A stretch of DNA of 64,000 nt from Bigelowiella natans CCMP2755 (GCA_000320545.1 ADNK01000257.1:39918-103917), one strand, 5' to 3'; shown: positions 24,496 to 38,086, counted from the stretch's first letter. Notes: generated by a model from the sequence alone, not told the origin. Numbers and translations are program-made.

Positions 24496-25266
24496 TAAAT
24501 ATGTAAACATGTGTGTAAATTTACATTTTAAACAATATCCCATTGTCAAGGTCCTTGCTTTTTACAAGCATGAGAAGATCTACTACCCAGCTGTCGTGCG
24601 TACCCTTGTTGGAGAAAAGGAAGCAGAGGTGGTTACTTTTTGTACCTGTCGCCACGCCAATAAGCAAAGGGATATGCGTAGCATGGTTGTATTGCCTGTG
24701 TGCGTGTATATGTTCTCATGCCTCTCACCCTTAACTTACTTGCTTGCTTTACAGGTACAGTATCTCGGATATCCGGGCACTGTACAACTTCACACAGACT
24801 CTCTTGTTCCGATCGAAAAGTAGTTCATCATAATCTGCAGTTCCTATGTTTTTTGTTTTTTTTTTAAATCGTTTATTCTTCACTTAAGCAATGGCCACAC
24901 CTAGATGTGCTGAATTCGCAAAGGATGAATACAAACGATTCGGTTCATTATCAGTGGGGAGCAAGGTAGGTGTTACGGTTCTCTTGGAGTGTCCGCTTCT
25001 TCGACAAGTTAGATTGCTGTCAGGTGTATGCAAGGTATGCGGAGGAGGAACAGCTGTGGTACCATGCCAGGATTACAGGTATTCCTACAATTTCTCTCTT
25101 GTCAGCCGAAAATGAGCAAGCTGTTCCTTTAACTTCTCCTCCTCCTCCTCCTCCTCCTCCTCCCTATGATGCAGCAACGAATGCAGGTAGCTACAACGTC
25201 AGGTTCAGTGGTTTTGATCATGATGGAACCGACCACAAGTGCAAACAAACTGAGGTATTAGTAGTA

Positions 25267-25303
<37 letters not shown>

Positions 25304-25339
25304 GTTCATTTAACTTTCCCCTTTACAACATGCTCTCTT

Positions 25340-25389
<50 letters not shown>

Positions 25390-26930
25390 GCTCGCTTGCT
25401 TTTTCTCTCTCAGTAAATCCTACCGTTGATTCCCCAATTTGCTTACTACAGGCATTCTCGGAACGATTTCTTAAGCGAATAATGCGAAAAGGCATTACTA
25501 GAATTACGATTATAGCAATAATAAAAATACGATGAAACAAAATCAGGTCACGCATTCCTAGCTCTCTCGCATACTCCTCACCTTTCTTCTGTTCTTGGGG
25601 CCATGCTGCAGGTAGTGCAAGAGGAGGGGGGAAGAAAGGAGACTCGAAGGGCAAGGATAAAGCGGGTACAATACCACGAAGACCTATTCCTAATCTCCCC
25701 GAGAAGTCGGATCCTAAATTCACTCTAGAGCAGGTCATAACAGCAGCAGCACCGCCAACAACAACAACAACAACAACAAGAGCAAGAAGACGAGGAGTTA
25801 AGGAAATAGAAAGAATGTGTACTGCCTGGACGCATTTCGTGGCATTCTATTTGTTCTTATCTTCCTCCTCTCCCGCCCCTCCCCCGCCGCCGTCTACTTC
25901 CCCTTTCTCTAATGCTCTCGCTCACAGATTTTAAGCTCCAAGAAAGAGGGGTCTGCAAACTTTTATTTATCGATATCCGAAGATACTAAGGTTCTCTGTA
26001 GCAGTAGCAGTAGCAGCACTTTTCTGCTTTGTATTGATTCGTTTTTATCACAGTTTAACAATACTACCGAGAGGGGTGATGATGCACCTGTGTGTGCTGC
26101 TACTATTCACCCTTGCATACTACACGTTCCAGTTATCTCGCGACCACTAATATCATCGTCTCATCGTCATCGTCGTCTTCGTCTTCAGGTGTGTGATATG
26201 ATGAGTCCGATATTAGCGCTCTACCAATGCGGAGTACCAGCACGATACGGCGGCGAGGGCGGGTGAGACTTGTGGTGGTGGTAGTGGTGGTGCTGGTGAT
26301 GATGATCATCCGAAAAAACAGCAGCATAAATAGTTGAGGTAGGAGTAAGTAAATAGATAGAAAATCGATAATATCGGTTACAAGCGAGTCAGTTGTTGTA
26401 AAAGCGAAACAGAGACCAGAAGAATTACAATATCCACACGCTCTAATCTACATGCAAAGCAGTCTTGTCCTATCAACTATATGTCAGTGATAGCAGCGTT
26501 ATCATTCTCATCGTGTTGTCGTCGTTCGCAAACAGATATCCCAGCGGCGAGATTGCAGCAATCCTGCGCGCAACAACGGACGATGTTGACCTTCAAATTC
26601 CTGATAAAATTAAGACTGCAATAGCTGCGTGCTTTGCGAAAGATGAATCATCACCTAACGGTCCTTTGAATTACCAACATCAACTTTAAATTGGCCTTTA
26701 TTTGATAATAGCAGTTAAATCCTTCAGCTTTTACACAAAACACGTCCGTTGTCTTCAGAGTTTGCGTTCGAGTACATCTGGTGTGCTAGCCAGATCTCTG
26801 ACATTCTCAAGCCAAAAGACGGTTGCCGTGCCTCTCTCCCTCTCTTCTTCCCTCTTATCCGGCTCTGCGTATGCAAGTGCTTGTGTGCGCTTATATCAAG
26901 AAACATATATATATATATATATATATATAT

Positions 26931-26983
<53 letters not shown>

Positions 26984-27186
26984 TGCTGGTGTGTGCATCG
27001 TTACCGTAGATTCTTAGTAATATTAGATTTCGCGCAGTTGCCTATTTCATTCTGTTCTCATCCCCATTATCATCCTCATCATCGTCATCTTTCCCCTCTC
27101 CTCTCTCAAAGGCGGTTCAGTAAACTTGGTACATCACGCATGGGTGTACAAGGACATTCAACCAGGGCAGCGAAGGTACCAACCTG

Positions 27187-27228
<42 letters not shown>

Positions 27229-28587
27229 GTTTTCTTAGCCTATCATCAAGCAAACAAAAGAGGCCATTCCTATTTTATACTTGGATAATATATACACAAT
27301 AGAGGGGAGGAGGGAGGGAGAGGGAGGAGGCTGTAATCAACACTCGTGGCGTTGTAACACACCACCTACTCCTCCCCCTCCTCCACCTGTTACTATTACT
27401 CTTATCAGGCAGTGCCAGATGCCGATGGGGGTATTCAACATGGGCGACGAAAACAAATGGGCGGGGAGGCTGGAAGTTAAAAATCCGGTGCTGCTGCTGC
27501 TACTGCTACTGCTATATAATATACACCGCTCATTGCTGCGACATCATTAATAACGATGGAATTCACGTTTTTGCTGCACTCTTATTGATAGGCTTCTAAG
27601 GGCGGGAGAGACGCCAGCCATGATAAATGTACGCCCCAGAGGGTGTCTGTTCATGCAGCTAAGCGTAATAAGTAAGTGCGAATGTGTAAGGAGAAGGAGG
27701 AGGAGGAGGAGGAGGAGGAGGAGGAGGAAAGCTAGGCAACAATAGTTTCAGCACGGGAACGATGCTTTATTTCTCTTGCGACTTCCATCTTGCATGCCAT
27801 CTCATTCCGACAACGACGTTGAAAGCAGCCGATATTACATATACATTTCTGATTGTCAATTTGTATTATAATGCTCGCAGGTGGGTCATGTGCTGCAGCC
27901 CTAACAATGCGAAGATATACTTCGATCTTAAGAACCCGTTGATTGCTTTCTGGTGCGTGAATTGCCATTGGTTTTGTTATCCTCGTACCGTCGAAGAATA
28001 ATGGCATAATTCAGTTGAAAATACTGCGATTTTAGTCCTTTTGGTGTCTTCCTGAGGGATTGAAGCTTTTCCTTCTTTTTATTTGATTTTATATTGCCTA
28101 ACTTATTGGATCAATGCGTGATTATTTTGGCTAAAATATTCAGGTCAGCAGCAATAGACAGAGATGCCGAAAAGCCTAGGATTCTCGTACAATTTAACTG
28201 GTAGCAAAGATACGTCTCTCACGCTTATATAAATGCTGCTGCTTGTAGTACGTATATATATGCAATCAAGTAACAACCGGCCTCTTTCTCACTGCTTTCG
28301 TCGTATGTTGTCAGGATGTTCACGCAGAGAATTACAGCATCAACTTACTCTCTTCTACAGAAAGCATCCACTTTAAAAGAACTGCTCGATGGAATGGTCA
28401 TAACTCCTTTCTCATGATTCTCTATCCTACGCTGTCTTTGAGTTTGTTTTTGGTGTCATAGTCATTCCTCCTCATACTGAAAAAATGATAACAACTTCAG
28501 AAATCCCAAAAAGCCGACATTGAGAAGGAAATCGGAGGCAGCGCACCTATAGATGAGCTTCTCAACACCTTTTCGTACAAAAGTTAG
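24329..28587 (+). CDS. Tandem Tudor-domain protein, multi-exon; 3' extent uncertain
   Basis: VLAFYKHEKIYYPAVV..VQYLGY (Tudor 1) and VYARYAEEEQLWYHARITG..YNVRFSGF (Tudor 2); further plausible exons continue to a TAG at 28585-28587. Confidence 0.62.
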
Positions 28588-28679
28588 TTACTTAAAATGA
28601 AGACTGCAAGCTTTGTGAGATGTATGAGCTGCCAGTGGAGAGCAATGTGCGATATGATGCATCGATTACGAGGGTTTCA

Positions 28680-29713
28680 TTTGCATTGATTAATAACAAC
28701 ACGTCGATCTTGCACAGCACGCACATGTGATGCGATGTTCACACACGTACAAGCTACACGTAATGGCGTGGCATGAAAATGAAATCAATGGCCTGGCGCA
28801 GCCTGCGGGGCCATGAGGCATCGCAATGTACATGCTAGCATGACAAGCATGCTTGTCATCATCGCTCAGCGCTACTTAGGACTTAAACTTGACTTGCGTC
28901 AGACTTGTTCATCTTGGTGTCGCACAATGATTTCATCATCGATTGCACGTTTGGTTGCAAAGCATTGTGTTCATCTGTAGCCATGCAAATTGAGTGTTGT
29001 TGTTAAAGGCTGTGTTGATCATGCATGAGCATTCAGCGAAGACAGTCATCAGAGCTGTCTGGCGATGCGCACAATGCCAACTGTGCAGGTCAATCAGTTG
29101 TGTTTAACCATTGCAACAGCGATCACGCATGTGCACGTTCTTCTCTGCGTGTTCTTTCTTTTTCGTCACTGAACGATGAAATGATGTTCATCACTTTCTG
29201 AAATGTTCGCACGCATCTAGTAGCTTGCATTGCTGAGAAAGCACTTTCAAAATTCTTTCGCGGGTCAGTGCCACATCAGGATGATTGTTCGTCATGCCGT
29301 GCACCGTTAGCCATGTGTTCAGGGCCTTTTGAATTCTTCGAGAGCCTCACAGGTACTTGCCCATTCTCTAGCACACTGCCCTCATGTGGCAGCAGGCAGC
29401 AGCCACATCAGGATGGGGTCGAAAGAAAATGCATGTGTTGCATTTACATGATGAGAAAACGTTGGCATTGCTGCTTCTGCTCACTGATGCACACCATTGT
29501 TGTTGCATTCCTCCTCACTTTCCCACTGTCGGGATGGACGTTGCGGAACAAGTGGAATGTCCAAGTGGAATGGTCGACGTCACATTGTGAGAATTAGGAT
29601 GAAGACAGCAGAGAGCAGAGGAATGATGCAACTCCCAAGATCCGTCACCTTCAAGCGATCCACCATCCTTTGCATCGCATCGGTTTGCAGTGTGCAAAAG
29701 AGAGAGATGGAGA

Positions 29714-29757
<44 letters not shown>

Positions 29758-32700
29758 TAGCTCGCTCGCTCGCTCGCTCTTTCCTCCCTCCCTTCCTCCC
29801 TTTCTCTGCAATTCCGTCGAGTGCCAAATCAACAATGCACCAAAGACATCCAACAAATCAGTGATGTCGAAGCCACCAGACGACAAGTTGCTCCGACGGT
29901 TCATCGAGACGCACAATCTCATCACGAGCACACGCGATTGCTGGGTGGTGCTAGAGCACTGTGCAAGGCAGTAGCTTGGCTTTTCGCATTTTGATTTCTT
30001 CGCGGCAAAAAGGTGCTTCGATTGCAGTGGTGATCTAGATTTTCATTGGGTTGGTTGCAGCGCACATTGCTTGCTAGCCAGGTAGCATGGCACACGATGA
30101 TGTGAACATTTCTAGATTGCCACACAACGACGAGTCATTCGCATGAAATGAAACGAGATCCAGACAGTTCGACTTCAAAAGGACGTCGACAAATGCGGTT
30201 TTGATGCCTGGCATCCTTCATGTCAAACACACCGATTTCAGCAACAATTAGAAGCATCACTGTAACGTCGTGCTTCCCTCTTTTCCATTGAAGACCGCCA
30301 TTTCATTCTCATATCTGATTTGGTCCATGTTAGCTTTCTCAATGTATGGTTGTCTCTCTTTTTCAGACAAACTCTTCCAAGCCTGGCCCACCAGCTTGAC
30401 AATTTCCGTATGCGCTCTGTGCGAATAGCACCTTCGAAAGTGAGAGATTTTGTGCTCGAAAAAGAAGATGTAACTATTCCTCGACTTTTTGGGCCTGAGA
30501 GCCTGGAGGGACTTCCTTTTACGTTTCCTCCTTTGCCTTCTTCTTTCCTTCTTCGCAACTTTGAAAAATTGCTCCTTGCTCTCCTTTGTTGCAAGATCCC
30601 ACTTTTTTTTTGTGAGTATGTCAATGCCAGGCTCGAAGATGTTCGGGTGGTTGGATCTGATCACTGGTCGATATTTTTGGAAGAAGTAATGTAGAGCGCA
30701 GTCTTCAAGGCTCTTGTCCTTGAAACAAGGTGTTTTGCTCTTCCTTTTGATGAATCGCGTTTTCACTTTAGCAGTGATAATTTCTGATGCTTTTTTTTTA
30801 GACAGCCCAACAACTTCCGTCTCGCCTAAATTTCGAAGGTAGCGCAACTGCTTCAATGTTGCATACTCATACTCTCCTGACTCCTTTGAATGTATTGCTG
30901 TCCTACCATTACGTAATTTCATTTGAAAGCTTCTACTGGTGTCATAATGCCTCTTTCGAATTTCTTTAACTCTCTCAGCCTTTGCATTGAGACGGGCCTG
31001 CGCCTTTTTCACACTGCCAAACTTGGTTGAAGCAACTCGTTCTAAGTTGGTTCGCAAGAATATCTTTGCAGGATGAAAGCCTGGATTTTTCGGATTAGGT
31101 ACACGGCAAAATATTTCATCCTTTAAGTCATGTGGGCACAACCCCAGCTGGAACCACGCTGCTTGTTGCGACAGGAACTTTTCTCGTCCCTTCTGTGAAA
31201 AAATGCAACCATGGCAGACTCCATCTCCATGAATCCAATGCAAAGCGTGAGGCTTGTGGCACAAGTTGCATAGGTCCAAGTTTGGATTCCGCTTCAAGAG
31301 CCACAAATTAGCCTTGACAAATTGCAATTCTCATCAGTACGAACATGTGCAAGAATTTAACAATGGGACCGTTTTGTGGACGTAGATCAGCCTGCATTTT
31401 GTTCTGTGATATTGCACAAATTCTCTTTCGAGGACGACATTAGTAAATTGATCCGCAACATAAGAAAACTGTGAAAAGTTATAGATTGCTTTGTCTTTCA
31501 CAAAATCGTCTACAATTTTCTTGAAATCAAACCGCCCTGCATGATGAACATGTCCATCTGCTTTGGTTGGAATGCACAGACCGGTTAGTGGGCACTTTGG
31601 AGCTTCATTGAGAGACCTAAACCCATCTAAAACTTCATCTCGAAAAGCAAATATGTCATCCAGCGTAGCCTGCCTTGCGGCTCTACGAAACTCCATGGGC
31701 ACCTTCATGGACTCTGAAATTTTCTTTGTTGGAGGTTCAGACGACTCAAGTGGATAATGATTTTTTGGATCACATTCTTCATGATGCCATCTAATCGCTA
31801 CGAAGTTCGCTTTCATTTTCCCATGAAATTTCGAACGTCTTTTGATTCCAACCCTCATGTGTCCTTTCTCAATGACTTCATCACAAGATCCACAGATGCT
31901 GCGATTAGATCGTGCCTTTTCGATCATCCTGCAGAAGCCAGCATGCTTCGGGAGTTTGATCGAATCGAAATGCTTTGTGGACATGCCTTTTGGTCTCAAT
32001 TGTGTCCTTTGGAATGTGAAAAACCCGTTTCATCTCACAGATCTTCTTCTCACCAGGAGATCATGACTCGGTCGACGTTCGTGACCAGTGAGACTCGAAA
32101 GACCCCAACTCGTCAGTTCATTTCACTCCAAGAAGAAGCAATTGATGTCCAAAGTCTGAGATGCCACGCATTTGAAAATGGTCTGTGGTGTCATGACCCT
32201 GTCATGGTGGTCATGGCGGTGGTCATGGCTTGCCACGAACGTTTGCCAAACCTCGAACAATCATCACAGTGCGACTCAGAAAATGTGACCAGCTTGGTGC
32301 ATTTGGCCTCCGTTTGCTGTGAAGTTCCCACGGCGTCCTCTTGTTCGTGCTGTTGCCTTCAAACGGTTGTTTGCTGTGTGCTTGCGCGTGCAGTTTTTGC
32401 ATCAATGCGAAGTTCAGTGTTCAATGTTCAGTGTTCAATGCTTTCCCAAGTGTTGTTGAAACACCTTTTCTTCTTCTTTCTTTCTGTTTTTGCCGAAGAG
32501 CGCGTGACTCAAGTGGGTGAACTGGCCTGGTTGTTCTCAGACTTCGGTTTCGTTCTGCACTCATGAAACCGAAGAACATCGGGCCAGAATTTGCAATCTG
32601 CCATGATGGACATGCAACACACTGTGCATGCAAGACATGCAACACACTGTGTGTGCAATGCACATTGTGCATTGCTGTGTCTGTCATTGCCTTCGAGGCA

Positions 32701-33660
32701 CTGCGTTTCGAACACTGCAAATGTCAGTTAGAACCTGGACACATTCCAACTGTGCCAACAATTGACAGACAATTCACCTGGCCTCAACTCGTCATCCCTG
32801 GCTTCCTTGGATGCAGGGTGTTGGCCAGTTGTGTCAGCACTCACCACCAACAGGGTGCTGACAAGTCCTTGCAATGATTGTTGTTGAGGCTCTGCTGCGT
32901 GCATGTGCCTGTCTCCCATGTGGTTCTGGCGCATGCAGATTTGATCAATGCTTTGTTCATTGTTCATTGTTCATTGTTCATTGCTCAGCTCACAACACGA
33001 TGAATCACGGTGTCACGCTCGCAAAGTCCAACTGCACCCTCCACACTGCTAGACTGCTGCGGCAATGCACTCCGCTTAACCCACCACTGGTGTCATGAGT
33101 CGAATTGAGCAAGTGTTTCGTGAATTGAACGTGAATTCTGTTTCCTCCTCCATTCACTCCACTCGGTCTGCAGCGGTGGCAATTTGCCTTCCCTTTGGTG
33201 AGTCAAACCGGATGATGGTCAGCTCAACTGTTCAGTGGCAAGTTTCTTTTTTCCTGCTGAGTCCGCGACACGTCTGGTTTGTGCGAGTGTGTGTGGCTTG
33301 GCTGTGCGCGCAGAGCAGCGCAGCAGCAACGAGTCATCGATCGCACAATGATCACATTCACGTTTGTGCAAGCATGCGTTTTTGCGTCGCAGCATGGCTC
33401 GTGTTCTGCTTTGCTCGTGCTGTGCACGAATGGCTCAAACGTGCACGTGCACGCGCTGCCACTGTGAACGTGTGGTGACCTGGTGATTCACAATTGGGTG
33501 TGATCCATGATCCAAACGATGATCACAATCAACAACCACTCCTCTGTCCGAAACACACAAGAAACAATGCGAGTGCACAGACAAGATGGAGATGTGATCG
33601 CATCTGTCGGCAGCAGCACCCGCTCCCTCTCGATGACAACTTCTGGAACTGAACTTTCCT
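28680..33660. other. TpA-depleted island between two convergent gene ends, containing decayed sequence and one intact-looking gene
   Basis: TpA strongly depleted at 28740-30240 and almost absent at 31908-33662; normal TpA within most of the 30257-31750 coding region. Confidence 0.85.
30257..31984 (-). CDS. Two-exon (31984-31370, 31312-30257; ~556 aa) protein: PARP-type Zn finger + DCL/HNH-like domain + XPA-like Zn finger/XPA_C-like region + HMG box
   Basis: The two listed ORFs are in frame and joined by a 57-nt GT..TACTGAT..AG intron, giving RLIYVHKT|ANLWLL. Motifs: IEKARSNRSICGSC..IEKGHMRVG..WHHEEC; CPLTG..HVHH..F..YH; C-x2-C-x14-C-x2-C then NPKNPGFHPAKIFL..FGS; RPKKSRNSYIFF..GQAWKSLSEKERQPY. 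Confidence 0.75.
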
Positions 33661-33661
33661 G

Positions 33662-34186
33662 CTATCCTCCTCTCTCGACATTTGATCCTCCTCCCATTTT
33701 GTCGATAGATCTAGATTCATCATTGTCATTATCACCCCTGCCATGGTCTTCATCATCAGAGTCATCATCCTTTTCGCCAATATCCACATATTGAGAGGCG
33801 CCCCTCAAGAACGATTCCAGATCTTCTGGCTCATCATCCTCTTTTAGCTTCAATGCTGCAATGGCTTCCTCAGTGATTTCTTTCAGATTTGCCGATGGTG
33901 CTGCATCTTGGATCAGCTTGTGCTGGAGAGAAAGCTCTTCTTTGAACCGGATATTTTCCTACAAACGTGGTCAAAGTAGCATTTAGATTTTGATAAACTG
34001 TTGTTGAGGGGGGGAGAGGGAGAAGGGGAGGTTAAGAAATAAATCTATGATCTGTAATCAGGATGGTAGTTAGGGACAACAGACAGAAGATAGCCATTGA
34101 AATATTCCCGCAAGCTTCTTTGCTCTTTCTTCCAGGTCCAATTCCCCGACGACTTCGGGTAATAGGGATCGATAGAGCTGTCGAAT

Positions 34187-34252
<66 letters not shown>

Positions 34253-36262
34253 GTGTGTGTGTGTGTGTACATATAAATAATTAATGAATACATTATAGTC
34301 CCATGCGAACATTGTTTTGTGCTACTACCTTCACGATGCAAACTGGACACAGCTGCACAGCATTCTCAAAGCAATTTGGCCCTTAACGATCAATATACTT
34401 TATTATATTTGTATTTGAACGACAGTGATCCTTCAAGTCGTCATGCAGGATCCCCCCTTCCCCCCCCTCTCTTACGTTAGTCGTAATCATACCCCGCTGC
34501 TCGATGGTGTCCTCAATTGGAGGGTAAAATTGATCGAGCACGTCGTTCTTTTCCCAGTCCTTACTCCGCTTGGGAGGGTAGTATATTTTATATTTATCCA
34601 TCCATTCCTGCAATGAAGAAAAGCGAAACAAAATTGGCGACGACCGATGAATTTGTCGAAGAGCGTCGTGTTGGGCCCGATTAATGTTGGGTAATGTTGA
34701 TGTTTGTAGATACCGCAAACCTTTTCTCTTCTTTGGTCTAATCCCCCCCCCCTCATTCTATTATGCTCGGTTGCTTACTACCTCATGCTCCTGCTGGGTG
34801 AGGAGAGGGTCCTTATCTTCAATCGGATCGGGAATGTTCAGCACACACGGCGTGTACCATGAGCATGGAATCTATAGCGTCGTTGTAGTAGTGGTAGTAG
34901 TAGTAGTAGTAGTAGTAGTAGCAGCAGCAGCAGGAGGAGGAGGAGGAAGAGGAGGAGGGGGGGGGGGGACAAAATATATGTATGCAGAATTAGCAATTGC
35001 CTCTTTTACACTTACGTTGGTACAATCTGGCAGTAGTTGTGATAATGATAACAACTGCTAACCCACATTGTGGTAGATTCGACCCTCACCCCTACTACCC
35101 CTGCCCCCCCCCACCCGTGACGAATAGATAGATGAATGGATGGATGGGTGCTGTGTCGCAGCACCTGGACTCCGAGAAGGTCTAACACGGATCGCACGGT
35201 TGCGCAGAGAACCTCTCTAATGTCCTCTAGGCGGTCTGCTAAACCCATTATCACCTAAGGAGATATGTAGTCAATGTTGGACATTGACAACAAAGACATG
35301 TAAAAACTCGGCTCTTTCCCACTCACGTACTGCATTCACCACATATCTCTGTATTATTCAGCCATAAAACACATGTACCCATTTGAAGTGGACAAATCAT
35401 AACAAAAACAAGCTGCCTATATTTATGTAACATTTATGTTTAGACATAGAGAGAGAAAGGTAGGGGGGGGGGGGGGGGGGGAGGGAGAGAGTACAATAGG
35501 TTTAATTATCTAAAGTACAGCATAATATTGATACCACAGGAAGCTTCCTGGAAAAGGAGCGCACCGATCGATTGCGGCAATTCCTATTCTCATACCTAGA
35601 TAATCATTTCAAGAGAGCACATTCAGCCTAAATTTCACCATCACCACCAGCTATCACCATCAGATCCATTTGACCATCATCATCACCGCCATCATCATCA
35701 TCATCATCATCATCGTTATTGCTAATTATTTCTATTCTTCATCGGTTGCAGTAATCTCCGAGTTGGGAACACGATAAGCGGCGGTCTCATAGTTGTTTTA
35801 CACATAAATGATGGATACAAAACAACTGGAAACTTGTTCTCCGCGGCATCATAACATCAATGACAACAGCAATTACAACACGGTAATCATCATGATATGT
35901 GAGGTCTTGCTTTGTTTGTTCAACTATGATTCTTTGTACAAGGCATAAGGTGTGAGAGCGAGCATCCCAAACGCGTCCTGAAGGATCAAGGAGGACGAGA
36001 GGAGGAGGAGGAGGAGGAGGAGCATTGCAATACGCACAATCATGTGACATCAGCAAACATTAAATGCATGTAAAGATACTAGGTAACATGAGTCAGCTCT
36101 CTTCATCAAGTGATAATACTGACATCACAACGCTATCGGGCGCTACACCTCCCCCTCTTCTTCCCCTCTCACCTCTGGCAGCTCGGATTTTAGAAGGGGT
36201 AATAGTTCCGGAGAATACTTTTCTTTGTATCCAGGAAATGATAGATGATATCCTAACAGATT

Positions 36263-36298
<36 letters not shown>

Positions 36299-36921
36299 CA
36301 CGCAGGCAATAGGAGGAGCAGATCATAAACCGAGAGTAGTAGTAGTAGTAGTAGGAGGAGGAGGAGGAGGAGGAGGAGGAGGCGGAAAAGGAGGAGTAGT
36401 AGCATTTATAGATAAGAGAGAATCATCACAGAATGAAAGAAGGGGGGCGACGACATTCAGCTTTCCACAACAAAAAAAGAACTACTACTACTATTTACGC
36501 TATAAGGAAAAATAACCGGTATACCACCCACTTACTTGTAGTAATGTTTTTTATAACAGTAGCATTTAGAGGCTCAAGGATCTGATTGTTAAAGGAGAAG
36601 AGCTGAAGAAAATTGCATTGTGGAGAATAGGACACGGCCAGCTAACAATATCGATCTTGTTGTCATGGGGTTATTAGCATGTGTATACCCTGCACTCAAT
36701 TTGGAAGAAACTTTCGATGAACACTTTCAGGAATTTTACTTGCATTTGAGATATCTGAGTAGTAGAGAACATTTCTCTTAGGCATTTATAAGCATCATAA
36801 CTGTTGGTCTCTCCTTCTATCTGACCAATCGATTCAGTAACCTTGATTTGTTCCACGTTTTCCTCAACTTCGAATGGTTTCAGGTAAAGGATCTTCTCAC
36901 CATGGAAAGAAAATGGTCAGG

Positions 36922-36961
<40 letters not shown>

Positions 36962-38086
36962 GCGCGCGCGCACGCACGCACGCACATTGTATAAACAATC
37001 AACATGTAGGATATAAGTGGAGAAGTCGTAATTACTCTACTACCCCTACACAACTACTACAGGTTGTTACCTTATGACTTTTGTCAGGCTTGAGCGCAAC
37101 CTCCTCAAACTCCTTCAATGTCTGCAGGCCCGACCGATTTTCTAAGTGAGAAAACAGCGCTCAACGGGTAAACAGGGGAACTTCTTCGTGTTCATCCACA
37201 ATTGAATATTTTCAGAATATTGTAAAAATTATTAAAGATTTTGCTCACACACATGATCAATAAAGAAACATAATTTTATTCATAATTCCTTTACATTCTC
37301 ATTTTTTGAACTAGGTTGCTATTACTTGGCGGCAGGTCCATTTTTGTGGAGTATAGAGAGTCAATGGCCTCTTGAGTGGCATTAAAGCGGGATCTTGATG
37401 TCCGAATAGTTTTCCTTACATATAAGAGAGAGCAATGAGACAAAGGTCAGTGGTTGAAGGGGATTCATCATTTCCTACAACAATCTGTCCTCAGACCATA
37501 GATTGTTGCCAACCAGCGTAGTATCCCCGACGGCCTTTGCAAAAACTTCCTCGAACTGAGAGCGTTTTGGCAGAGGTGATTGCGTTCCTGCACTTCGTAA
37601 GCTTGGGAAATTTCCTGATTCAAAGCCACATGACTTGAATCCCACACCGCACACAAACAAGCAACTACACAGCTAGCATGCCCACGCTCTTCTCCAGTTC
37701 CACCACACATTACCCGTATTATGCGACAGAAGTGACATGACGACTAGCATTGCAGCCACAACTGCAATGTGTGAGGCACCATTCCTCCTCTTCGCCGCCC
37801 CCATTCTCCGATACAGGCCGCGCCCAAGGCCAGACATAGCGTTGACCGATGGGCTCTTTCCGAGCCCAGCCGTCCGATTTATTCTCTTCCTAAAATCACG
37901 AAAAATTCATGTCGCAGCTATAATTTGCCCGGATACAACTGCCTTTATTCAGCCAGGGGAGATCGGCATTCGCGTCCTTACGACGAACATTAGGAGATGA
38001 CGCAGGCTCGAAATCGCATCGTTTTCTTTCTCTCGGCTTAAGTCGACCGGGGCTTCTCGGAAGCAAAAAACAGGTCGTAATTTCAT
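33662..38086 (-). CDS. Multi-exon gene of unknown function; start uncertain
   Basis: Splice-bounded open segments such as EWMDKYKIYYPPKRSKDWEKNDVLDQFYPPIEDTIEQ, LYRSLLPEVVGELDLEERAKKLAGIFQWL, and an acidic last exon ending at TAG 33662. No family recognised. Confidence 0.55.

Noticed and set aside
31757-33478. Many long overlapping Cys/His/Met-rich ORFs on both strands (e.g. 31757-32566, 32563-32877, 33095-33478; also 11685-12513)
   Set aside because: Artefact of the TpA void: without TA there are no TAA/TAG stops. No recognisable domains.
31908-33662. RIP or methyl-CpG decay as the explanation for the TG/CA excess
   Set aside because: RIP increases TpA. CpG decay should deplete CpG and not remove TA, yet CpG is abundant here and TA is absent.
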